In this document: positions 11,913-23,800 of the stretch, piece by piece
Layout of the letters: every line of letters starts with the position of its first letter
Position numbering within the stretch: the stretch's first letter is position 1
From: Rotaria socialis
Taxonomy: Eukaryota
DNA: 64,000 nt
Assembly: GCA_905331295.1 (NCBI GenBank)
Contig: CAJNYD010000224.1
Coordinates: 215,042-279,041 of the forward strand
Direction of reading: 5' to 3'
The notes under the pieces: model-generated
The model's input: only the letters and a program-made list of their open reading frames with translations
Databases searched by the model: none
What the model was told of the DNA's origin: nothing
Position numbers and translations under genes: made by a program

Positions 11913-14037
11913 TCACAATGATTTCTTTTTCGGATTTTCATCGGGTACTTTCCATGAACTTATTGGTAGATCTTGTAAACGCATCATCGTTTGATATTTC
12001 CATATAATCCAAATAATTCCGGCTATGGTAGATATTGCTACGGCTATATAATATGGATCAATAAACGGTCGACAAATGCCACCTAACATGGCACAATTTT
12101 TTTCGTCAGCTGGTGTTCGACAACCACCATCACTTAGTGTACATTTTTTCCATGTTAGAAAATCAGCAGAGTATAAAACAGCTGTTGAGACCCAACTAGA
12201 ACCTTAAAAATTCAAAATTTGATTTGAATCAATCAAGCGAAAAAAAAATAAAGTATCTTCACCTAGATTTGTTAATGTATTAAGTAATGTCATGTATGTT
12301 CCACCTATTTTTGGATCGCTAACCTGTGCAAAAAATGCCATTTGAGAAACAAACATACTGTATACAAATATTTGTTGTATGCTAAATATTAGAATAGCTA
12401 ACGCATAATAATACCAAGGGAATGTTTTATTATAATTTTGAAATGATGGTGTAAAATAAACAAATAGAGCCATGATAATACCAAGGAATAATCTATTACA
12501 ATAAAACAAAAATTGAAATGAGCTTTCTCTTTAAATTTATTAGTGCAGAAGGTTTGATAGAGTGGACCATGAGACTCTAGGATTACTCATTCTGTTAGGC
12601 AAAGCGAAAGATACAGATCCACTCAAAATGATACAGCATGTAAAATTACCTGAATGGATGTGAATTAGCAAATACATTCAATGGTTTTCGTCCAGTTGTA
12701 TATTTTGCAATGAAGAATGGTAATAAAATTTCCAATGGTGTTAATGGAATGGCTAATAAAGCTAATGAATCTTTTTTAACGCCACGTTCAATTAATTCAA
12801 GTCCCGTCATTGAATCTACGGCAGAAAAACCAATCTAGAAGAGCAAAACAAAATTTTGAAATCAAAGATTATTCATAATTATAAATTATACTTTGATGGT
12901 TAATAAGATCACTGCCATACTACGAATTGATGGTAAACGAAGAACTTTCAGGAGAACCTTATAAGTGTCAACAAGGCCAAAGTGCGGTTCATTTGAAACA
13001 ATTGTTTCGTCTACTTCATGTTTGAATAATGCAACTAATGTTGTTGATATTGCGAAAATAATACCCCAGAAGAGAAGAAAACCTTTGAAAAAAATTTATA
13101 TTATATTAAAAATTCTTAAACTGCCAATAGAAAACTGTCCCACGCTCTGCTTTTAATAATACTTTACCAGGTAATGTAATCAATCCAGTTATTTGTAATT
13201 CCATATGTAATGGTTGACGTATAAAGCGATTAGCGAAATCTTTTGATTCCAGTGCAAGAAAAACAACATTTCCCAAAAAATAACCCGCTGTTTGACCCAC
13301 TGAATTACAAGTACTGGCCCAACCTAGATTTTCTCTACAAAAAATTAATTAGTGAATAAAAAAAAACTATTTTCCTATTTTTATTTACTTTGACAGCATT
13401 GACAAAGCCCAACCATCTACACAAATATCCTGAGTTGCAGCCAAAAATGATAAACCAAAAAATATTGATGTTAAAAAATAAATACCTAAAATTCAAATAG
13501 CAGTAAAAATAAATAATAATTGTTCATATTTATAAACATACGGGGATGATGACTAGTTGATATTGGTGCTGATTCATCTAGAATACCATTAATATAATAG
13601 GATAGAAGAATCATTACAAATCCAATGATATATTGAATTGGTATAAGCCATGTTTTTCTGCGACCAAATCGTTTTAAATATAAAGCATCAACAATAGGTG
13701 CCCAAAGAAGTTTAAGACTAAATGGCCAGAAAGCAAATGAAAATAGTGCTTGTTGTGACCAACTAGCACCGTATGTTTGAATTATGAGTGGAATTGATGC
13801 TGCCATACCCAGAGGTATACCTTGTAGTAGATAAAGAAATAACAAAAGACCAATGTTTTTTTTATCTCTTTTCCAATCGCTTTGGTTTGATGTTGATAAT
13901 TGCCTAGAAGATTTTTCATTGTCGGAAGATTCAGATGATGCAGATGAATGATGAGGATCATTTGATTGGTTTTCTTCTGATTCTGATATTGATTCTTGCT
14001 CCACTTCTTGATTTTCTAATCGACGACGAACTTCCAT
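11913..14037 (-). CDS. SLC33A1: Acetyl-CoA transporter (MFS), multi-exon
   Basis: Motifs LLLFLYLLQGIPLG, WPFSLKLLWAPIVDALY, FGRRKTWL, GQTAGYFLG and SDPKIGGTYMTLLNT. Start MEVRRR at 14037; stop TGA at 11915-11913. Confidence 0.92.
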
Positions 14038-14270
14038 TGTCAAATGAAAATGAATAGATAGACAGAGTAGCGTAGAAAAAAACCTCATAGAGTGACTCAT
14101 CAATAAACTTATTGGTTAATACGATTGACGATTTATTTATTTTGTAGAATAAACAACAAATAAATTTATAGAATAATGAAAAATTAAACGTAAAATAAGA
14201 ATTGTTATAGTCTTGTTTCGAATAATGTGATGTTACTTTTTGATTGGATGCATTTAAACCAGTTATTTAC
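14038..14270. promoter_or_regulatory. Putative bidirectional promoter between SLC33A1 and ZCRB1
   Basis: Divergent start codons are only 233 bp apart. Confidence 0.5.
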
Positions 14271-16103
14271 ATGAGTTCGAAATCAGTAAAAACTGCTCCA
14301 AGTCAATCAACGGTTTATCTATCGAATTTCTCATTTAATTTAACTAACAATGATCTACATAAATTATTTGATGAATATGGAAAAGTTGTTAAGTAAGATT
14401 TAATTTTTATTTCGACCGATGATAGTTTTCTTTTCCGATGAGTTCATTCTCAATACATTACTATACTAGCTACATGGTTATTTCTCACACACTCGATTTC
14501 TAACAATTTAGATATTATTTTAAGAAAAAACTTTTCTTTTTAAATTTAGAGTAACCATTGTTAAAGATCCTGAAACACGACGAAGTAAAGGTGTAGCTTT
14601 TATTCAATTATTCTCCAAAGATGATGCTATTCGTGCAACAGAAGTTTTTAATGGAAAAGAGGTACGCAATTAAATAATGAATTTTGATCGAAAAACTAAC
14701 TTTGATTTTAGTTACATGGGCGCATAGTGAAATGTAGTCTAGCAATTGATAATGGTCGTACAAGAGAATTTATTCGAAAACGTGAATATCCAGATAAAAC
14801 GAAATGTTTTGAATGTGGCGTAAGAAGGAGAACTTTCTTTTGAATATTGCTTTATTGATGAATTCGTATTTTTTGTTATATAGGAAACGGGTCACTTAAG
14901 TTATGTATGCCCAAAAAATACGCTAGGTAATCGAATAGTTCCTATTAAGAAACGAAAGAAAATTAAAAACAAAATTCAAGTCGATGCACCGAATGATTCG
15001 TAAGCTATTTATAAAAACACGTTGACTTAGTTTTGATTCTTATAATTCATTTTAGAGATTCAAATGAAAGCGAAGATACACCTGCAGCAATCCTGATGGC
15101 TCAGGTATAATAGAATACTTGTTTTTAGTTCACATCAATTGAGATCATATCGCCATTAAGAGTTTCTAGAAGGCTATGGACTCATAGCCATCATGGAAAA
15201 ATTTCACCTGAAGAAAGAAAATGGATTAGAGCATTGTTAGAGAAATATTACAACCATAACTTTAAGTGACGATAAATCCAATAACAAGATCTGACATGTC
15301 TATCTTCTCATTACGACCTCTGTACATATTTTCAAGTTGTACATTTCCATGAGTTCGCATCCAAATAATATATATAGAGAGAAAAAGAATGTAGTAACAT
15401 CATTCATCGATTGATACACGATATCGTATCGTCGAAATAGAATGTTCAATTAGTACTAAAGTATGAAATAAGATCTTCGAGAATGAAGAGCACATTTTCT
15501 CCGAACGATATGAAATCGTATGCCGTTTGATGTATACAATAATAGTGTCAGAATATTTTCCTGTTAATAAGACACTCAACCTAGTCATTAATCTACAGTA
15601 AATCATCTTTAAAAACAATAGATCCTTTTCGTGAAGACTGAAATCTGAGCATAAGAAATACTATTAGACTTACTTTTTTCCTTCTAACGACAATCGATCA
15701 TTAACCAACAAAAGATTAAATCTTAATTAATTTTGACCTTGCTTTAGATTGTTTTTTTCTCTGAACATGTGTTGGAAAGTTATTAGTATATGAGCTTGCT
15801 TTTATTTTCTCATCAATAGTATTGAATGTACATTTAATTATATCGAATGGACATTTAATTATATCGAATTCCACAAAGTTTCTACATGTTTATCTCAATT
15901 TCAGCCATTCGCTGATGAATTTCTAATTGATTATCACATCGAATAGAATCCGGCATTGCTCGAATTTCTATACTAATTATTTAAAACAATATTTTACTTT
16001 ATAGGATCCTCAATCAAAAGCTTCAACAGATGTTTCACACGTGAAAAAAAAACGTTATTGCCAATCGTCATATTTCAGTGATGAAGAAGAAATAATTGAA
16101 TAA
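14271..16103 (+). CDS. ZCRB1: RRM + CCHC zinc-knuckle protein (U11/U12 snRNP 31K); exons 14271-14392, 14550-14661, 14712-14819, 14884-14999, 15056-15104, 16005-16103
   Basis: Hand translation: [50 protein letters not shown]...[39 protein letters not shown]...SYFSDEEE. Absent from the ORF track. Confidence 0.92.
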
Positions 16104-16741
16104 GAACTGTGTTTGAAATAGATACATGTATATTTAACTTAACTAATAAATAAAGAAAAACTATGCCTTTATCAATAAATCTTTTTTATGATGACACTAT
16201 ATAAATCATAATAAATATCAATATGAGATCGTTTATTGTACTGTCAAGGTGTTTTTGAAGACTATCTTTTCTTTTTCTTTTCGCTTTTAATTATATACCA
16301 TTTAGAGAAATGATGACACACAGACAAACTATGGAAATCGATTGATTTATATTCAACAGAATAAGTACATTATTGATAATTGGTATGTGTTTATGAAGAG
16401 AACCGAGCTGATCTGACACTCATGTTATCTTTGTATATAATACATTAAGAAAACATGTTAAATGATTTCTTAGCATTTGTATAAATATTACTTTTGTCTA
16501 GAAGACATATTGAAGTAATATTGAGACAAAAAGAAAACGCAAACTAAGCATTATGCGATGATGTTAAATGATAAAAGGAGACATATTTCATGTTGATGCA
16601 AAATGAGATTATGATAGAAAGAAAATTGGTTCTGCCAATAAGGAAATAAAGAATTTCTCTCCTTGTCATAATGAATGATATGGAAAGAAGAAATATGATT
16701 TGTCTTTCATAACAAAATGAAAGAAAGTAATTTTTAAAAGG

Positions 16742-19700
16742 ATGAAACTTTCATGTATTTGCATTATCATTGTTACTTGTATTGATTCAATTGGCACGTT
16801 TTCATTACCGGCTGAGATCCGTATCGGTAACTATATTTATTTTTCATCAATATACATATATAGATTAATCATGGTACCGCAACATGTTTTTCTTAGGAGC
16901 TATATTTGATAATCAAGATATATTATCTCGTCAAGCATTTGAATATTCAGTAGCAAAAATCAATAACCAATCACAAATATTGAAAAATTCTAAGATTGTC
17001 GTCACCCATATTGATGTGGTTGAAGCACACGACAGTTTTTCGGCATATAAACTGGGTAAATAAGCAGAAAGAAGATTTTTTTTGAATTATAAAAAAAAAA
17101 AGATTAATTATTTAAAATAAGCGTAGTATGTGGACAATTAGAAACTGGCATTGCTGCATTATTCACGGGTCAACTTACTCCATCATTAGAATTTGTTAGT
17201 TCATTAACACGACAATTACATATTCCGTTTTTTCTGTCATCACCCGATTCACAAACTAAAGTTGAATATTATACAATAAATGTCTATCCGCATTATACAG
17301 CTACTAGTCAAGCATATAGTGATCTTATTAAATTTCAACGATGGAATGAAATAGCCATTATTACTGAACATGCCAAGAGTAAATAAACTAGTTGAAAGAA
17401 AATCAATTTATTGTTTCTGTGTTTTGGAATATAGATTTACTTTATCTTCAAGATCTACTTAAAATATCATCGGATAAAAATCAAATGACAATTACTGTAC
17501 GACAGCTACAGGGTCGGCCGGGTGTCGATAATTGGTATAGTTTACTTCTACAATTGAAAGAAACGGGCATTTCAAAGTTTTTAGTGGACGTAAAAACTGA
17601 TAATCTTCATGATTTTTTTCGACAGGTAGGACACTAAAAGAGATGAATGAATTCAAAAGAGAAAAAAAATTCTTTTTTTCAGGCAAAAATGGTTGGCCTT
17701 ATTGGCCCTTATTATGATTTTGTATTGACATCATTTGTAATAAAAATAGATAATTATATTCTTTGCATTGTTTCTCATTTGAATTATTTATCTATAGGAC
17801 GTTTCAGTCGTTCAATGGGACAAAATTTTATATACACTAGTTAATATAACTGGCCTACAGTTTTTCGGTCGAGACGATCCAGCTGTTAGAGAATTCTTCG
17901 ATAAAACTGTTCCCGGCGCAGATATTCCAGTTCACCACAATGAATGGTCATTACGAGTTAGAATGAAAATTAAATCGTTTTTCTCTTACAAATTTGTGTC
18001 TGTTTTTTGAAAGGCACCAGCAGCATTAATGCACGATGCGGTTTATTTATTTGCTCGAGCAGTTAATAAGTTCGTGGAACAACATTCATTTATAATCACA
18101 CCATTAACGTGCCGTGCACAAGAACCATGGATACATGGTTCAGCATTTTCACTATTTATTAAAACAGTAACAAAAATTGATCTGTCTTTTTTTGAACTCT
18201 TATTTATTGTTCTAAATTAGTTTGAAGCTAATGGGATAACAGGAAAAATAAAATTCGATGAAAATGGTTTACGAACGGACGTATCATTTGAAGTTGTTGA
18301 TTTAGTCGCTGATGGTGTTAATAGAGTATGATATGATAAGAGTTTCTTTTTTTATTTTACTTATTTTCTAGAATGGATTTTGGTCATCAAATCTTCCAGA
18401 TAGACTTGAAATTCAACGTAATTTTACAAAAGATTATGAAGTAAGAAAACAAGAAATACAAAATCAAGTACTGAAAGTAATATCACTTCTTGTATGTATG
18501 AGTGTTTTTAATTAGTTGAAAGAAAATTGATTAACATTTTTCTCTTAGGAACCACCTTATGTTACATTGAGTAAGAGGAAAAAAGATATTTCGATAAAAA
18601 CTGATTTTCGTGCAATACGTTCGGCGTTTATTTAGATCGAAATGCAACGAATGGAACACAAAAATATGTTGGCTTTTGTATTGATATTTTAGTTGATTTA
18701 GCTGAACGACTTAATTTTACATATGAAATCGAAATAGTCAAAGATAAAACATTCGGGAAAAAGAATGAAAAAGGCGAGTGGAATGGTATCATAGGAGAAT
18801 TAGTTTATCGAGTAAGTACTCATCTTTTTTTGTTTGGACAAAATTAATTATCCCTTTTTCTTCTTCTTCTCATGTCAGAGAGCCGATTTAGGTTTAGCTG
18901 GATTAACAATCACGTATCAACGTGAGCAGGTATTTTCTATTGCATTAATAACTAGTCACGCAAGCATATTTATATTTAATTCTGTGACATATTTTATGAA
19001 AGCATCCGCATCGATATGTTTGAATACTAAATTTGTTTAGCAAACTCTAATGAAGTTCATTTTTCGGCAAATAGAACTTGCATTTGAGGCTATATTTTTA
19101 GGCTATTGATTTTACAAAACCGTTTCTAACACTTGGCATCAATATTTTGTTTAAAAAAGCAAAACATGTTAAACCGAAATTATTCGGCTTTTTTTCACCG
19201 TTAAGTTTCGATGTATGGTTATATATGATTGCTGCTTACTTTGGTTTGTTGATTGAGGAGATTGCGTTGCTTTCATCAGATTTTATTTTTCTTGTTTTAT
19301 ATTAGCCGTTAGTTTTTCACTCTACGTGGTTGCAAGATTATCACCATATGAATGGCGTAGTCCATATGCATGCCGAAGAACTATTGATGAATTAGAAAAT
19401 CAATTCACATTATTTAATTCATTTTGGTTTCTTATTTGTAATATTATGCATCAAGGTATTTTACAGAAGAAATTAAAATTCTTTGGTTTTGCTTCATAGT
19501 TTCATTTGAAAAAAAAACATAGGTACGGATTTAAATCCAGTAGCAACATCAACACGCATGATTAGTTGTCTTTGGGGATTTTGTACATTGATTCTTGTTT
19601 CATCTTATACAGCTAATCTCGGTTCGTTAGAGCTCTATAGAATTTAGAAAAAAAAAATTCTTCTTTTTTAAAATTATGTTAGCGGCCTTTTTAACTGTTC

Positions 19701-20741
19701 AACGTATGCAAACGCCGATTGAAAATGCTGAAGATTTAGCATCGCAAACAAAAATTACTTATGGCGTTCAACGTGGTGGTTCAACGGAAAATTTTTTTCG
19801 TGTATAAATATAAGAATAATGTGTCCACTCTAGTATTTTTCTCTTCAATAGGAATCGAAAATTGCCACCTATGAACGAATGTGGCACTATATATCGGCTA
19901 ATCATGCTAGCGTTACAGTGGCATCAAGCACTGAAGGCATCAAAAAAGTATTAGAAGGCAATTATGCTTTTCTTATTGAGTATGTTTTCTTGTTTACTTA
20001 TGAATTATTAAAAATTTAATTTGTATAGATCAACTACAAGCGAATATAATATAATGAGAAATTGTGAGTTGACATCAATTGGTGGTTTGCTTGATTCCAA
20101 AGGTTACGGATTCGGTGTACCAGAAAGTAAGTCTAGTGAAATGGGAATAAAATCGAAATGTTACAGAATTTTATTCTATTAGATTCACCTTATCGAGATA
20201 TATTAAGTGATACAATTCTTAAACTACAAGATGAAGGCGTCATACAAAAGTATTATAATAAATGGTGGAAAGAAGAAGCTAATTTAAAATGTGACGAAGA
20301 AGATAAACGAAAAGAACTAGCTTCAGCATTAGGTTTTGCTAATATCGGTGGTGTATTCGTAATACTTGCTGTTGGTTTAGTTCTATCAATGATTGTTGCA
20401 GCAATTGAATTTTATATTAAAATACGTCATAGAAATAGTGGACAGGTATTATCTATTTATTCTTTAAATCGAGTACATTTTTATCATGTCATATGATGCG
20501 TATAAGCGTCCACTGAAAATGGGCGACATATAGAAAGTAATTCATCTACTGTTAAGGAGAGCTCACTTTCAGACACCTGATATCATCCGTGATAGTTCAT
20601 TTGTTAGTTTCTTTCTTTTTACATTTATTTTTCTCTTCTTAGATTACAATCCGTGAAGAAATGTCGCAATATTTTCGTTACGCTCTTTTCAATATAAAAT
20701 CACACAGACGACGAAGCACCCATGTTACTGGTCATATGTAA
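16742..20741 (+). CDS. Ionotropic glutamate receptor, AMPA/kainate-like, many short exons
   Basis: Signal peptide and ATD; S1 [24 protein letters not shown]; pore [14 protein letters not shown]; gate SSYTANLAAFLTV; S2 [14 protein letters not shown] and [11 protein letters not shown]4 [10 protein letters not shown]. Confidence 0.92.
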
Positions 20742-20894
20742 TAATTTGGCGATGATCATCAACCATTTTTTGTGCAAAAAGCGAAGATATGAATTGATTA
20801 AATTCAGTGAAAAATATTTCATTTTATTGTTGCATAATAAATTCAATTGAGGATAAATTTGTTTAATTATGCAAAGATTCATTTAATATTGATT

Positions 20895-23800
20895 TTAATT
20901 ACTTGTTAACGGAGTTTGATATGATGATATTGGTAGAATTTTTAGAAAACAAGCCAATTGTTTTTGTGTTAAATGCCATCGAATATTATCTAAGATGACA
21001 AGCTTTTTCTCGCCTATGTAAACTCGATAAATGAAATAATTTTCTCTTTCCCGTAGAAAAGTTTCAATTTGATGAATTGATAATGGAAATGCATGTTGAG
21101 TATGTGTTCGTGTTGATTTTACTTCAATGTAATGAGTTTTCCCAGGTTCGGTTAATATAATATCGTAGGGTAAATTACTTTCTCCGGTTTGATTTAGCCA
21201 TTTGATAGTTACTGGATTTGGATGGTAACGATATTTATTCACCAAATAGTTGTATACCATTTGTTCACCAATATACCCAGTGTTTAAATATGAACCTTCA
21301 AATTCTTCTGTTCCATTAAATGGATCTTCCAAAGATACTGAATTTGATGCTAGATCTGTTAATTCAATTTTATCAAGTTGTTCGTTCTCTGATGAAATCC
21401 AAACGGATGATACTGCTCTTTTGTACTGATCTATTGGTGAATTCATAAATTGGATTGGTACTTGACTTGGAACTATAGTAAAAAAAATTCGATAGATATT
21501 TTTAAGAAAATACGGAAAAAACATGATCAATGCATTTACACCAATATCGAGATAGATAATATACGAACTAATAGCAAGATTTTGCAAATATTATTTTATT
21601 TTCATGTGTGCCTGAAAAACTAAATATGGCTGAAAAGTCCACGTTACTTTTATCTTAAAAAACGCTCATCATTAGTTTTTATTAAGACATAATTACCATA
21701 AAGTGGGAATGGAATATGTTGTAGAATAGATGGGCAATGTTGTGTTGAGTTAATTATAGAAGTATCATGCTTAGTTTTTTGATTGTTTGAACGAGTGACC
21801 AATGCTTCAGTAGTCACCGGAGTAATTTCAGATTTATTACTATTTGTTTTTTGATTTTTAATTGAGGAATCAGATTTTTTTGGCTCGGATGTGGCTGTTG
21901 CAGACAATTTTGGTTGTTTTAGAGCATCTATGTGTAAATCAAATGGAGAAATTCATTAATGTATCGTATAATACAGAAATGTATCTAGTTACTAGAACTT
22001 GCAACTGGCTCTAAGATAACAATATCTTGATTGGTTGGTATTTTAATCGACTTTTCAATAAAGTGTTTTTTGATCTCTTCAATTGTTCCTTTTAATAAAA
22101 ATCTAAGCTTATGTTCAAATCCATGTATATTTAATAATTGACATAATTTATTAGGAAGATCTATAAATGTTGTTTCACTATTCCATGGCCGTGTTACATA
22201 TAATTGTTTATGTCCATTGTCAAAATATACGTTCGTTTTGTGAACAAAATTCTGGTTGTAAAATAATTCCAAAGAATCCGATTCTATAAAGTCAAAATCT
22301 TGCTGAACTTTTTTGTCCACTAACGAAATGGCATCAGACGGAAAAGATAAATTTGTAAGCCATTTTTTTAAAAATGGCAAAATTTCAATTAATTTTCTTC
22401 GAAAGTGTTCAGCCGGAGAAGATTTTTTGTCAGCAAGTTTTAAATCATTCACTCGAAGTTGTTTGATATTAAATAACTCCAAGAATTGAGGTAAATGTGA
22501 ATTATTTCTGTTTTTATAATCAAGTTTGAGGCAAGGAATTGCATCATTTAAACTATTATTTGTTCCATGGCCTTCCATATAAAAGTATAAATTACTAGTC
22601 AATTTCCATTGGTCATTTTCGGTTAGGAGATATAGCGATTTGGCTCGTGCTTTCGCTGCTTTTCGTTCATCGGATGACCAATAATATATTTCTTTTAATA
22701 TATGAGAATATATTATTTGTACCCGATCAAGATTATCTTTTAAATAGTTTTCGTCGTCACGAATCTTTTGCAATAAATCAAAATAATCATCTATTGAAAG
22801 TTTCGTTTTGAAATCGAAGATTCCATGCCAATTTGTCTTTTCTTGCGGTAGTAAAATTGAAGGGAAACACATGTACTTACCACACAGATCTTTCAATTCC
22901 TTGTTATCAACGAAAATACTATTTGATAATTCACATGTTTTTACTGTGGTTGGCATACATTTAATATGCTTTACAAACCAACTAATATAATCAGCATCAT
23001 CTAATAGCGTTCCTTCGGTCGCACCTCGTCTATTGGAATGACCCCAATAAACTTTTATCTTTTGTGTTAACATATTTGCATTGAGATTTTTCATCACATC
23101 CGACCAGAAGAATTTTGCAAACTCATAATTATCTATCGGAAAAGAAAAGTTAGCGAAATGAGAAAAAGCGTTGAGCCGGTTAGTTTTAGCATCATTGAAA
23201 TCCTTATCTTCATACTGAGGAATTCTTATTATAGGCGCTCAATTGCCGTCTTACTATTGATCACTACGTTGCTCGATAAAACATGATTAAATTGTCAATT
23301 TTCGAATCAATCGATGTTCTTACTTTGTGTATGCTGCATAAATGTGATTGTTGTTAATCCAAAAAAGGCATCAACTTTATGCTTTCTATCAGGTGAAATT
23401 GATGATAGATATTGTCCACTAAATCCATATCCTTCTGCTTCAAAAGATGTTAATTTTCGATCAAATACGGTCAGATGTAATTCTTCCTGGACGCCTAATT
23501 TTATAAAGAATCGTCGCCATTCGGTTAGATCTTCGTCTTCTTTTCTATCATTATGATTTGTGACGTAGTCGAAGGATAGAAATACATCTTCTTTTGCTTT
23601 TAAATATACTTCAAGTTGTAATCGTGGCTTGTATTGATCACAAAAAAAACATTGTTCAGCTGATATTAAAGTTTTACGTGTGGTTAATAATTTTAATTTT
23701 CTTAATTGATCAAGTTCCTTTTTCGTAATGACATTCTTTTGAAACAACATAAATAACATTTTTATTGTTTTTATCGCATTTTCTTGTGTAATATAAGAAG

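Noticed and set aside
15830..15869. 21-bp tandem duplication in a ZCRB1 intron
   Set aside because: Ordinary slippage with no sign of function.
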